Positions 30,703-41,749 of a stretch of 64,000 nucleotides of DNA are shown here, one piece after another. Origin of the DNA: Candidatus Krumholzibacteriia bacterium (lineage in GTDB: Bacteria > Krumholzibacteriota > Krumholzibacteriia > JAJRXK01); NCBI GenBank assembly GCA_041484665.1, contig JBGPIA010000019.1:1-64000 (forward strand), given 5' to 3'. Made by a program: the position numbers and the translations under genes. The first letter of the stretch is position 1; the number at the start of each line of letters is the position of its first letter. Below the pieces are notes generated by a model, which was not told the DNA's origin, did no database searches, and was given only the letters and a program-made list of their open reading frames with translations.

Positions 30703-32181
30703 TCATGCCGCGAGCGACTGATCATCACGCCGCTGTCCCGCATCGTCACCGGAGCTGTCCCACGGATCACGTGCGCGGCGTCGCGGTGCTACGGGCGTGC
30801 CTGCGGCAAGAAGTTCTTGGCCTGTGAGCATGCTCGGCGGCACGCCCACGGGAGGCGTCCATGCGGGGGCAGGCGCGGGCTGCACGAGCACGCCGGGCGG
30901 ACGCAGTGCGCCCCGCGGGAAAGCGTGCTCCAACGCTGCCCGTCTGCCCGCAAGCGCTGCAGGGTACGCGGCGCTGCGGCTCAAGCCCATGCTGTCGGGC
31001 GTTGCGTCGTGAGGGTTCGCGGGAACGTTCCACACGAGAGTTGACGCGTCGGGCGGCCGCCACGCCGCATCAGGACCCGGGAGGGCGGGCACAGGCGCAA
31101 GGCTGGCGCGAGTGTTCGTGGGGGCGTAGCCTCGGGCGGTGTCGTACTCGTCGAGTCCTCCTTGGTCGATGTAGTGCTGCGGCATGCTGCTCGTCATGCT
31201 CCACCCGAAGCGCTTGCACAACCGATAATGCGGTAAGCGGTTCGCCCAGTACGTCGCACTTGAGTGCCGCAGGAGGTGCGGGTACACCCGCTTGGCGAGC
31301 GCGCGTGCGCCGAGGCGGTGCAGTACTCGGCGCGCCGCGTCCGCGCTGATGGGGAAGAGGACCGCGTTCACGTCGTCCGCGTTGAGCGTGCCGTCACTCA
31401 GCACCTTGGGGCGTGCGGGGTGGTCTTCCAGCCAGTACGTGAGCCACTTCGTCGTCGCCGGCATGGGCAGGGCGACGGTGCGGGGGAGGGTCTTGCTGAC
31501 CGGGCAGCGCATGAAAAAGCAGGCACGCTCCGGGTCTGTGGGGTCGTAGCGGACGAGGCAGACGTGGTGGAGTCTGACGTTGAGGGCTTCTCCGATGCGG
31601 AAGCCCCCGTCGTACAGGACCTGGATGAGCGCACGCTCGACTGGGCGGCGGGCGCGCTCGATCATCGTCCCGACTTCTGCTTCGGTGAGTGCGGGGGTCT
31701 CCACGTGCGGTTGGCGCGTGTCAAGCCAGGATACGAGTGGGGGGACGGTCCGGCCGTCGCCGTGGAGCCACGTGTAGAATTTGCGGATGCTGACCTTCAC
31801 GCTCCGCTGATAGGAGAGTGAGAGCGGGGTGCCGGCGACGCGCTGCGTGTGCTGGTCGACCCACCGCGTGGCGCGTGAGGTGATCCTACCGCCTTCGAGT
31901 GCGAGTACGAAGTCCTCGAGGTCGGCCTGCGTGATCGCGCCGAGGTCCTTGCCGGTGTGCCGCATGAGGTGGCCGAGGTGCGCGAGGACGAGAAGGCACT
32001 GCCCCGCGCCGATCTGCTTCTTTGAGCGGCCGAATACCGTCTTGCCCAGCGCGCAGTCGCGCAGGTAGCGTGTGACGACTTCCTTGTTCTGCATGCTGAC
32101 AGCAGGGTTCGTCGTGAAGCGCGTCAGCGCGTGCGCGTACGTCTGCGGTGTGTTGCGCGTGTCGATGTACTCATACCCCAT
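30703..32181 (-). CDS. Tyrosine recombinase/integrase, copy 2
   Basis: DGGFRIGE, SKT, HLLRH, FGW, QHY. Collinear with 4376..5863. Confidence 0.9.
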   Translation of the reverse strand: MGYEYIDTRNTPQTYAHALTRFTTNPAVSMQNKEVVTRYLRDCALGKTVFGRSKKQIGAGQCLLVLAHLGHLMRHTGKDLGAITQADLEDFVLALEGGRITSRATRWVDQHTQRVAGTPLSLSYQRSVKVSIRKFYTWLHGDGRTVPPLVSWLDTRQPHVETPALTEAEVGTMIERARRPVERALIQVLYDGGFRIGEALNVRLHHVCLVRYDPTDPERACFFMRCPVSKTLPRTVALPMPATTKWLTYWLEDHPARPKVLSDGTLNADDVNAVLFPISADAARRVLHRLGARALAKRVYPHLLRHSSATYWANRLPHYRLCKRFGWSMTSSMPQHYIDQGGLDEYDTARGYAPTNTRASLAPVPALPGPDAAWRPPDASTLVWNVPANPHDATPDSMGLSRSAAYPAALAGRRAALEHAFPRGALRPPGVLVQPAPAPAWTPPVGVPPSMLTGQELLAAGTPVAPRRRARDPWDSSGDDAGQRRDDQSLAA

Positions 32182-32745
32182 GCCTCTCATTCCTCCACTC
32201 CGTCTTGACCGAAAGGCTTAACTACTTTCACCCATCTTCCCCCCGCAACCGCACGTGCAGGCATGTGCGCGCGCTACCGGCCGGTAGCCCACGCACCGCA
32301 GTGCCGTGGCTAGCATCGTCGGGAATCAGCGCGCTCCCAAAGCGCGCTCCGACGAGCAACCACTCCCGGCATGTGCGGGACGAACCCACACGGACGCCCG
32401 CGGCATGTGCGTGGATTCCGTCGGGAAAGCCCCGTAGGCTCTCCGTCGAGAAAACACGAGTTTACCGTCGGTGGTTTTCCGGGCGCCTGATGTGGCGTGC
32501 CTCTCGACCCGGGTCGTGGAAGTGGTGGTGGTATTTATATTTTGCGGTTCCAGGTGGCCAGTGGAGCGCCGCGCTGATCCTGCGGGCCGGCTGTTGAGAA
32601 GGAGTCAGCGAGTCGAGAGTCGGGTCAGCTTGGATCTGATGCCCGAGGTAGCCTACCTCGGGCCGTGCCTCTCCCCCGCACTTTCCTGGGGGGCCTTGTG
32701 TCAGTTATCCTCCGGCCAGCTCGCAATCGAAGGAGGGTGGCCAAC

Positions 32746-33603
32746 ATGCGCAAGACGTCGACGCGCGACGCCACGGGCAGTACGGCTCCCGGGGTGTGGA
32801 GGGCGCGCAGGACAATGGTTCGGTACCGGCTGCTCGTCCCATTCGTGTGGTGCGAGTGGGCCATGGAATGGGTCGTATACTGGATCAGACAGTGGGCGAT
32901 CGTGGACTTTCTTGAATACGCCGGACGATTCTCGGTGGTCGTTGCCGTGGTACTCTACGTGGGCGGCCGTCATGATCGTCTGAAGCAGAAGCATTATCAG
33001 GCATGGCAAGTCGTGAACGCCGCGCAGGGGAAGCCAGGCACCGGCGGCCGCATCGACGCGTTACAAGACCTGAACGGCGATCGAGTGTCGCTCGCTGGCG
33101 TTGACCTCTCACGCGGAGCATACTTGCCCAAGATACACCTGGAGGGCGCCGACCTCCGCGGCGCAGAGCTCTCAGACGCCGTGCTCGACAGCGCCGACCT
33201 CGACGCCGCGCAGCTACCGGGCGCCAAACTCCAGGGAACGGACCTGCGCTGGGCGACCCTCCGCAACGCTGATCTGACTGGCGCGGACCTCTATCTTGCA
33301 AACCTCCTCGGAGCAAATCTACAAGGCGCAATCCTGGCGGCGGGAGCAAGCCTGAAAAAATGCGTCCTCGCGAAGGCGAATCTCCGAGATGTCCAATTCT
33401 GGGGAGCCGACCTTGCCGAAGCCGACCTCCAAGGGGCGAACCTAACGGGGGCCATCCAACTCTCAGCAGCGCAGCTACTCAGTGCGGCCGACTGGCGTGG
33501 CGCAACCCTCCCAGGCTACCTCAAGGAACTCGAGATCTCCGCGAACGCTTCGCCACAAGATGTTGAAGCATTCAAACGGAGGGCGTCTGCCGTGCCGCGC
33601 TGA
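32746..33603 (+). CDS. Membrane-anchored pentapeptide-repeat protein
   Basis: GGAGG RBS, transmembrane segment, HYQAWQVVN..GGRIDALQDL, then A(D/N)LxG pentapeptide repeats. Confidence 0.85.
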   Translation: MRKTSTRDATGSTAPGVWRARRTMVRYRLLVPFVWCEWAMEWVVYWIRQWAIVDFLEYAGRFSVVVAVVLYVGGRHDRLKQKHYQAWQVVNAAQGKPGTGGRIDALQDLNGDRVSLAGVDLSRGAYLPKIHLEGADLRGAELSDAVLDSADLDAAQLPGAKLQGTDLRWATLRNADLTGADLYLANLLGANLQGAILAAGASLKKCVLAKANLRDVQFWGADLAEADLQGANLTGAIQLSAAQLLSAADWRGATLPGYLKELEISANASPQDVEAFKRRASAVPR

Positions 33604-34098
33604 CGACCGATCAGGGTCTAGACGTGACATAGGCCCTGCGCGTGCCCGCGCCGCGCGGCGCATCTGGCGTCCGAAACTGGTGCGGGCAGCCTGATACGAT
33701 GGAGCCAGAGACGGTGCGTGAATCCGGGTCCCGCAGAGCAGTGCTGCGCATGACGTACCAACAGGCAAGCCGCAGGCGCGGCTGGCCGAATGGCGCGGAG
33801 GAGTCGTGGGAACCAAGCGCAAGGCAAAGCCGCGCCTGCTGACCTACAAGGCGGTCCTCGACCCGTGTACGGGGGAGCAGCCGCATCTGCTGTTCGGCAA
33901 GGGCTTTCGCCGTGCGTGCCGCTAGGACATCTTCGCGTATGCCGCGCTCTTCGACCGCGCAGACTTCGCGCAATGCTCCCCGAACGCGCGCGCAGCCTTC
34001 GCCGCCCGGAATGACTGAGATTTGGAGAAGCCAACGTGTGCAACTAAAGGGACACCCGGTCGCAGGCAGGGACACAACGCCCAGAGTCCCACAAGCGG

Positions 34099-34454
34099 TC
34101 AACCCGGAGGGCGTGACCAGGAGGGGTGCTCGGCAGTCCTGAGCACCTTCGTCGGTGCGCCCCTGGCTACGACGACTCGGCGCAGCTTCGGCGTGTGCCC
34201 CTCTTCCCGCAACCACCGGCCCAAGGTCTGGCCGGTCACGCCCAGCTCGCGGGCGACCTCCTCCAGGCTGGCGCCACCCCCGCGCCGCCGCAGCGCATGG
34301 GCGACCATCCGGCTGCGCAGCTCGGCGGGGTAGCGGTAACGGGTGGGAGGGTGACCAGATTGCTGCCGCCGGGCAGCGGCCAAGTGCGAGCGAGCTCGAT
34401 CGTGCATCGTGGACCTCCTTGCGGGGAGGTCACGATGCCCGAACCAGCGATTAC
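34099..34454 (-). mobile_element. IS66-like left end with degenerate tnpA HTH gene
   Basis: GTAATCGCT terminus at 34454 on the minus strand. RYPAELR..SLEEVARELGVTGQTLGRW HTH; LVTPSG continues in a shifted frame. No tnpB or tnpC follows. Confidence 0.6.
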
Positions 34455-36001
34455 AGGCTAGACGGGGCGCGGCGAGTACTTACGGCGAAGGGGGGCAGTC
34501 TGCGCGTGCAGCGTCCAGGCCGCAGGGGAAAGCCGTGTATGCGACATCCACCCTCGATGAGGCGTGGCTCCTGACCGAGCAACAGAAGCGGTACGAGCAA
34601 AGTACTCGGGTGGCTGCGGCCACCTCGCTTCGCCATCGCGGATGGAGAGCCCGGTGCGTAACGAAAGGCGCACGCCGGGATCGGTGAGGGGCGCTCGGAA
34701 ACGGACCCGGCGACGAGCCGAGCACCGCGCCGGGCGCCCACTGTACGATACCGGAACAAGGCGGCGTGGGAGGCAGCGCGGCGGTGAGCCGAGGCGGCGC
34801 CAGCCATCAGAACCCCAACCACCACAACAATATGGTCCGGTTCAGTTCCGCAGTTGACCACTCGCGTGTGGAGGGAGAATCGCCCCCTTTCGCAGATCAC
34901 ATCTTCGGAACCCAGGCAACACGATTGCATCTTGACATCCGCGAGCACCGCGCCCTAGATTGACACGCAACTCGCTGAGAACCGGCCATCTCGCGCACCG
35001 CTCCCTTGGCCAGGCTCCCACCGAACACCCCAGCGAGTCCGTAGCCGGCTGAGTAGCCTGCTCGTCGATTGTCGGCTTCCGAGCGATCTGCCCGCGTAGT
35101 TGCACCCAGACCGCGTGTCGTGCACGGAGGGTCTGAGGTAGCGGGACGGACGGGCGTTCTGGCGAACGCCGGGACCTCGTCGGCGTCCGCCCACTTCGAC
35201 CCGCAGGCAAGAAAGTCACGCTCATGCCGAGCTACCGCGAGGGACTTAGAGTCACGGACGACAAGCGAATCATTGACCTCACCATTTCTAGCCGATCACA
35301 CCCAGGAGGGTACGACGACCCTCAAGGCAAGCCACGGCGACGTCGTAAAGGAGCGGCAGGGTCCGCTCGCGGCACTGATCGGCCACGCCGCGGAGCTAAT
35401 GTCAGCGGCAGGCTCTCGCGGACCAGCGAACGGCGCGTCTGGAAGGCTGTGCGCGGGGAGCGGAGGATCAGCGTGAGCAAGGCCGCCGTGTTGGTTGGTG
35501 ATTCTTGGCGACGGAGCTTGGTGCAACTCTCTCTTCTCGATCGTGGCCCTCCTTTGTTCTTGGCGCCGAAACGCCATGGCTCTCATTGGGTTGAGGACCG
35601 CCGTCAACTTTCCATGCTTCGAGGGGCAACGCCCCTACGACCGAAGCGGATTGCGATCCTCAGCCGAGGCATACGCTCCGATCGGCTGAATGTTCACAGA
35701 ATTGTTAGACGTACCGCTTGCAAATCAACGCCCGCCGGCCTCGCCGAACAGTCAGAGGCTCCCACGTTCGCGGGGAACGTGCGTGCGCTGGCACGAACCA
35801 AACGGTTCGAGCGCGATCAGGGTCTAGGCGACGATGCTTCCATTGGTTGGTCCGTGTGCTGTTCAAGTAATCGACTCGCGGAAATGCCCGCGGGCTTAAG
35901 TCGCCCGCGGGCCCGCCGAGCGTGAGATCCGTCTTGGCGAAAGGACTGAATTCGCCGTACGCGGCAGTCGTCCTAGTTGGCTTCAACGCAGGGAGTGTGC
36001 C

Positions 36002-39000
36002 ATGTACGTTACACGATCCGTGAAGCGAGGCCTCAAACCCTCGAGAAACTCCTCTTCGCGATGTGCAAGCATCGTTGCGACGCTGATTTGTCTCCTATGC
36101 GTTGCGCCGAAGGCAGCGCTCGCGCAGAGTGACCCGGAAGGTGACGGGGAATGGGCAGGCCCGTGCGACAGCAGCCCCGCCCCTGACCCCCCTGAGCAGT
36201 CCATTCATGCTGCCTTGACCCACCTCGGGCAGGTCATCACGTGGACGTTCAACACTCAGCTGAACTCACTGAGGCGTGTCCATGCCTGGCAGTTCGACGC
36301 ATCGGTGGATCCATGCAATCCGAATAGCATTACGTCCTTCGCCTACCCCCCCAAGCACTCAGGGTGGCCGGGCACGAGCGTTGATGGGGATGGCCACACG
36401 TGTCAATTCCCGAGTGATCCGAGCCTCACGCACGAGATTGCATGCGCGGGCCAGACGTTCCTGGCGAACGGCGACCTTCTCTTGGTGGGGGGTGGCGAGA
36501 TCGGCCAAACGCCGACCCAAATCCATGGTGCCGTGTGGCGTCTCAACCCGTCGACGCTCACGTTCTCAGAGGAACAGGCACTGCATCATGGGCGATACTA
36601 TCCAACGCCCCGACTGGACGCCTATGGAAACGTATTCGCCATCTCCGGTGAGGAATGCGAGCCGGGCGCGTATCCACGCCTCACGATTGTTCACGAGTTC
36701 ATTCGTGATACTGATCTGCAGGGCAGCGCGCCATGGGTTCAACTCCCCAACGGGCCAAATTTCGATTCAGACTACCCGTTCATCAACTTCCTGACGTGGC
36801 CCAGCACGTTGAATGGAAGCTTGTCCCTCATCGGAAAGCTTCCCGATCACAACTGCGTGATCCGACAACACACCAATCCCGTGCACTACCCGAATACGTT
36901 TCCCGGGCTGGAGCCGAAGCACTTTCGCCTTGACTTCGATATCAACACCCCCGCCAATTCGGTATGGAGCGAATTCGCAGACTGGCCGGAACCCGACTTC
37001 GCCGCGCACATGGAATCGGCGACAGCAGTTCCTCTCGTGTACCACGCCCCCGGCGTCACACCCCCTTCCGATCCCGCATCCCGCGAGCTGCGCAACGGCA
37101 GCATTCTCGTCTTTGGTGCTGGGCGCAAGTACGAGACGCCGTACGTTCGAATGTGGCTCGCACCCCTTGCCACGGATAACCAGAACCTCAACAGCAACGG
37201 TAATGGTACGTGGATCAGCTCCCTTGACACTGGAAACCCGATACCAGCAACCACGTACGCCCGCAACGAAGCGAACGCCGTCATCCTACCCAATGGACGC
37301 TACCTGGTGATCGGGGGCGGTATTCACCGAATCGGAATCGACCCATGCCCATGCAGTTGCCCTACACTCACCGGCGCGCCTGACCAGTATGTGCAATACT
37401 ACAGGTCGTGTGCTGCAGTGCGGCCCGAAATGTACGATCCGGTCACAGGGCAAGTGACGGTGCTCGCAGCATCGCCGACGCAGACGCCCCGTCTACACCA
37501 CTCTGAGGCGCTCCTCCTGCCAGACGGCCGGATATTCGTGGCGGGCGGTGAGTACAAGGACGTCAGCAATCCCCCCCCGCCCCCCACCACGTACACGCAA
37601 ACGACGTTTGAGATCTTCGCGCCGCCATACATCTTCAAACCCAACCGCCTTAGTATCGTCTCTGCGCCCACAGAGTTTCACTACGGCTATGAGGCTGGGT
37701 TTCGAGTCTCGGGGGCGCTAACGGGGGACATTCGGGTATTGCTGATCAGGCCCGGATCGGCGACGCATGGCCGCAACTTCGACCAGCGAGCCGTGCAACT
37801 GAAGATCAACTGTATCGGGAGCGCGTCAGGTGGCTCGACGCCGATCAGGGTACAGGTCCCGGCCCAAAGCACCGGGCTATTGCCGCCAGGATACTACATG
37901 CTCTGGATCACGAAGCGGGACGCGAGTGGCGAAGACGTCCCGTGCGTTCGCGCAGCGTTCGTTCAGGTAACGGCGAACCTCGAAAGTACGGGAGAGGCCT
38001 GCACTGCCGGCGGGTGTCCATTCGTCTGGGGATGGGATGGGAAAGAGATGCGTATCGCGAACAGCATTCTCGGGCAGTCCGAGCGCGATGCGCTGAGCGA
38101 TCGCTGGGTTAAGGACGTCTATCAGCTCCCCGAATGGGTCAAGCCAGACAACGAACGGATCGTCATGGAAATTCGGGAGGATGAAGAGGAGGTGTCCTAT
38201 ATCAAGAGTGCGCGATTGATGTACATCGACACGGATGCCAACGCCGAGCTAATTGTTGGAAGCAATGGGAACGTAGCCGCCTACCACCAGTTGACAGCAC
38301 CTGCGCGAAGCTACATGGGGACAATTGACCGATCCGTAGAAGACCTGCTCGAGAACCGCGACGGTCGCGCGGTCCAAGGGAAGATGGGTGAGAGAGTTGT
38401 GGTCGAGTTTGCCCGCGCAAGCGCGGGGTCGGGGCCAGTGATCATCCGACCCTTTAGCAAGCCGAATCCGAATGGCGGCTTGCGCCTAGAGGCGCGGCGC
38501 GGCGCGGGGTGGAAGCTCGTGGACGTCATCACCCCGCGGGAGTTCGCCCAGGACGAACTCGCGTCGTTGGAGGGCGTGGGAACGGATGCAGAGGAGCCAC
38601 TCGTGCTCCGGTTGTCATGGGAGGGATCTCACGGAGTAGACTTCGTGGGCCGAGCAGCAGGTGTCCCGACAGCCTGGACCGCCGAAGAGCGGAGCCCATC
38701 GCTAGCGAGACACAGCGTACTGGGCGACGTGCGCTTGCAGATAGAACGCGTCGACGGGAGGGGGGTCGAAGTGCGACGTGGTCAGGCCTTGCGCCTCGAA
38801 TTCCCCCGGATCGACACCGCAGTAGGTAAGCGCCAAGTTCTGGCGCTCGTTGTGGAGGGACGTTACTTCCACGAGGAATCCGGAAGTTCGCTGCCGGAGA
38901 TTCTTCCACCATCGGCCCTCGTGCTCAGTGATATGCGACCGAACCCTGCGGTGGCCGACGTGCGAGTAGCCTTTGCGACGGAACGGGCTGGGCGAGTAAC

Positions 39001-39190
39001 AGTGACAGTTTTCAACGTCCGTGGCGAGAGGGTGGCCACCGTTCTTGACTCGCAGTTACAGGCGGGCGATCACGAAGCGGTGTGGGACGGAAGGACTGTG
39101 ACCGGCCAGACCGCGGCCGCAGCCGTCTACGTCGTGCAAGTGAAAGGGTTCGGACAAACGCTCACACGGAAGGTGGCACACCTACGCTGA
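36002..39190 (+). CDS. Secreted galactose/glyoxal oxidase-like (AA5) propeller protein with DUF1929 and FlgD-Ig C-terminal domain
   Basis: Signal peptide, IACAGQTFLANG, GRYYPT, RLHHSEALLLPDGRIFVAGG, GSATH..DQR, PPGYYML. C-terminal PNP..VFNVRGERV..WDGR. Confidence 0.85.
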   Translation: MYVTRSVKRGLKPSRNSSSRCASIVATLICLLCVAPKAALAQSDPEGDGEWAGPCDSSPAPDPPEQSIHAALTHLGQVITWTFNTQLNSLRRVHAWQFDASVDPCNPNSITSFAYPPKHSGWPGTSVDGDGHTCQFPSDPSLTHEIACAGQTFLANGDLLLVGGGEIGQTPTQIHGAVWRLNPSTLTFSEEQALHHGRYYPTPRLDAYGNVFAISGEECEPGAYPRLTIVHEFIRDTDLQGSAPWVQLPNGPNFDSDYPFINFLTWPSTLNGSLSLIGKLPDHNCVIRQHTNPVHYPNTFPGLEPKHFRLDFDINTPANSVWSEFADWPEPDFAAHMESATAVPLVYHAPGVTPPSDPASRELRNGSILVFGAGRKYETPYVRMWLAPLATDNQNLNSNGNGTWISSLDTGNPIPATTYARNEANAVILPNGRYLVIGGGIHRIGIDPCPCSCPTLTGAPDQYVQYYRSCAAVRPEMYDPVTGQVTVLAASPTQTPRLHHSEALLLPDGRIFVAGGEYKDVSNPPPPPTTYTQTTFEIFAPPYIFKPNRLSIVSAPTEFHYGYEAGFRVSGALTGDIRVLLIRPGSATHGRNFDQRAVQLKINCIGSASGGSTPIRVQVPAQSTGLLPPGYYMLWITKRDASGEDVPCVRAAFVQVTANLESTGEACTAGGCPFVWGWDGKEMRIANSILGQSERDALSDRWVKDVYQLPEWVKPDNERIVMEIREDEEEVSYIKSARLMYIDTDANAELIVGSNGNVAAYHQLTAPARSYMGTIDRSVEDLLENRDGRAVQGKMGERVVVEFARASAGSGPVIIRPFSKPNPNGGLRLEARRGAGWKLVDVITPREFAQDELASLEGVGTDAEEPLVLRLSWEGSHGVDFVGRAAGVPTAWTAEERSPSLARHSVLGDVRLQIERVDGRGVEVRRGQALRLEFPRIDTAVGKRQVLALVVEGRYFHEESGSSLPEILPPSALVLSDMRPNPAVADVRVAFATERAGRVTVTVFNVRGERVATVLDSQLQAGDHEAVWDGRTVTGQTAAAAVYVVQVKGFGQTLTRKVAHLR

Positions 39191-40462
39191 GCGAGTGAAA
39201 CTCCGGGGTAGGGGGTCCGAGCGCGGCGCGGCGGGATTCTTTCGCGGAGTGAGGATGTGTGCGCCCAGGGTATTCAGGCGGATATCCACCATCTGTAGAC
39301 GAAGGTGGGATCAAAGCTAACAGAGCGTCGAATACCGCGAGTGGCAGAACGGCCCAGGAGTGAGACCCCGCAGTTGCCCGGGCGCCTATTGACAGCGCCC
39401 GGGCGACGTTCCGTGTAATCTCGTCAGAAGCGCTGCGCGAGATGCCCAGGATGGCGTGAGCGGCGCCGGCCACTCATGGTCTGGCCCTCGGGTGCGCCGC
39501 GCAGACAGCATCCCGTTCGGACTGCGTAGGCAGGCTCGCGGATATCCTCAGTTTCGTGGCACGACGTCGTGCGCTCGTGCTGGGTCGTGGGGTGGGAACG
39601 CTCGACCAGCGATTGCGCCGCAGCCGCTCGCGACGCGCCCTCATGAGATGGATTGTTGCCAGGATCTTGTCACGTGTTCTGCGGAAGCGCGACCGAAGTG
39701 GCACCTGGGAGTCAGGTGGCAACGTCGCGGATGTACGCCAACCTCCTGGAGATCTTCGCGACTCTTGAAATCTGGGACGCGCCTGGACACCGCGCACCTG
39801 GGCGTAGCCAAGGCCGGTCAAATCCCGCAGCACCGGGGGCGCGTCGCACCCTCATCCGTGAACGATTCCTGCGTGTGGGTGCGCCAGGGGAACCTTCTTC
39901 TCCGCAGCTTCATCGCGTTTACTCTGCGCGGGCCCTCACACTGCGACTCTCGGGATGGGCAGGAGTCTAGACGGAGCATGTCGCTCACCCTAAGCTCGGC
40001 ACAGGTACGGAGCACCGGGGCGGCGAATGAGCGGAGAAGGGATCGCGGGCTTTCAGCGCCGTAGCGTATCGCTTGGGACCGACGAGAGGGCCAGCGTCCA
40101 TCGGGGCGAAGATTGCGTGCCACAGACCTTCACTCCGAGGTTAGCTGAGCGGGATTGGCAGTGTTCCCCCCGCCTGCACGTTGGCGGGACCGGCGGCGGA
40201 CATCAGACGCACCCCTCCGCTCCACTGCGATTCGCAGCGTGCGAACCACCCGAGGAGGGACAAGTGTGTTGGAGAAGCAGCAAGATACGTCGTTCCACGC
40301 CGTAATGTGGGCACGTTGCGGCTCTAGAGCAAGCGCCCCGGGGGTGGTTTGCGAACGGAGATCTGGTCACGAAAACTGGGCTGGTAGGGGTAGATTCGAG
40401 CCAGTACGCTTGTCGCATTGCCGCGTTACGGCTGGGCCGCCGAGGGCGCATGGGAGCTGGAG

Positions 40463-41749
40463 ATGAAGATCCGTGGGGATGGGAGTCCGCGCCTGCGCAG
40501 GGCAGCCCCGTCTGCGCTGATCGTCTTGCTGACCATCGCGGTCCGTCTGGCCTATCTGTCCATAGCGCCGGCCAATCTGAACGAGTACCCGCTGCGCATC
40601 GACTACTGGGCCGACATTGGTCACGAGCTGTCGGAAGGGCATGGCTTCAGCATGCCTGGGCCGGCGGGCCCACAGCCCACTGCCAGCCGCGTGCCGTTGT
40701 ACCCGTTACTGCTCTCCGCGATCTACCGGCTCACGGGAGGATCAGACTGGGCAGCCCAGATCCTGCAGTGCTGCCTGGATGGCTGCACCGCTCTGTTGCT
40801 GCTGCTGCTGGGCCGGCGCATCGGACAGCCGCGCGCAGGCATGTTGGCGGCGTTGGGATGGGCGCTGTATCCTCCGCAGTGGCGTATGTCCCAGCGCTTG
40901 TGGGCCGAGCCATTCTACGCCGTTGTCAGCATGGGGCTCCTGCTTGCCGCTGAAGCCGTGAGCAGGGCACCGACGCGCCGGCGCGTGTTCGTGCTTGGCA
41001 TTTTGGGAGGGGCGCTCACGCTGAGCCGGCCCATCGGACTGTTCGTGTTCCTGCTTTCGTTGATCTGGCTGGCCTCGCAATCTCCGCAGGCAGGGCGACG
41101 CGTCGGTCTAGCAGTGGTCGCGTTCACCCTGGTCCTTCTGCCGTGGGTGGGACGCAACGCCGTACGCCTGAATGCTTTTGTCCCTCTGGACACCACCGGC
41201 GGCTTCAATCTCTATGTTGGTACGCTGGGCGTGCAGTATTACGTGCCAGTGAGCGAATTCGAACCAGAGCTGCGCGCACGCTTGGAGGGGCGCAGCTGGC
41301 CGGAGACAGATCGGATTCTACGAGAAACCGCGATCAAGCGGATCCTTGCGGATCCCGCGGGGCACGTCCGACGGATGGGACGCAAGGTTTTGATGTTCTT
41401 TTTCGGCTTCCGGGATCCAGAGCGGGATCGCTTCCCCACTCTTGAAACCCTTGCGGCCGGGCTCGCGCTATACTCATTTGCGATCTGGGGCTGGTGGCGG
41501 CTTCGCCGACGGGGGATAGCCATTGCCAACTTGCTGCTGACCCTCCCAGTAATGATGGCGCTGGTGCACGCGCAAATCGTCTCACAGATGCGCATGATGT
41601 TGCCCGTCCTCCCGTGTCTTCTTCTGCTAGCAGGCGCGGGTGCGCTGACGCTGCGCAGCGGGTTCCCGGGGAAGCGCACTGGCCTCACAGGAAGACTTCC
41701 TGACATCCCGTCGGGCAATCTGAATCGGCCAGATTCTGGACGGCAATGA
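40463..41749 (+). CDS. ArnT/PMT-like (GT39/GT83-type) membrane glycosyltransferase
   Basis: Multiple transmembrane helices, PTASRVPLYPLLL, WAEPFY, LSRP, PWVGRN. Confidence 0.8.
   Translation: MKIRGDGSPRLRRAAPSALIVLLTIAVRLAYLSIAPANLNEYPLRIDYWADIGHELSEGHGFSMPGPAGPQPTASRVPLYPLLLSAIYRLTGGSDWAAQILQCCLDGCTALLLLLLGRRIGQPRAGMLAALGWALYPPQWRMSQRLWAEPFYAVVSMGLLLAAEAVSRAPTRRRVFVLGILGGALTLSRPIGLFVFLLSLIWLASQSPQAGRRVGLAVVAFTLVLLPWVGRNAVRLNAFVPLDTTGGFNLYVGTLGVQYYVPVSEFEPELRARLEGRSWPETDRILRETAIKRILADPAGHVRRMGRKVLMFFFGFRDPERDRFPTLETLAAGLALYSFAIWGWWRLRRRGIAIANLLLTLPVMMALVHAQIVSQMRMMLPVLPCLLLLAGAGALTLRSGFPGKRTGLTGRLPDIPSGNLNRPDSGRQ

Noticed and set aside
34460..35990. ORFs such as 35224..35925 and 34451..34948
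   Set aside because: Arg/Pro-rich with no recognisable motifs; probably degraded or non-coding DNA.
39200..40400. Short ORFs between the oxidase and the glycosyltransferase
   Set aside because: No consistent frame or motif; at most unidentifiable pseudogene debris.
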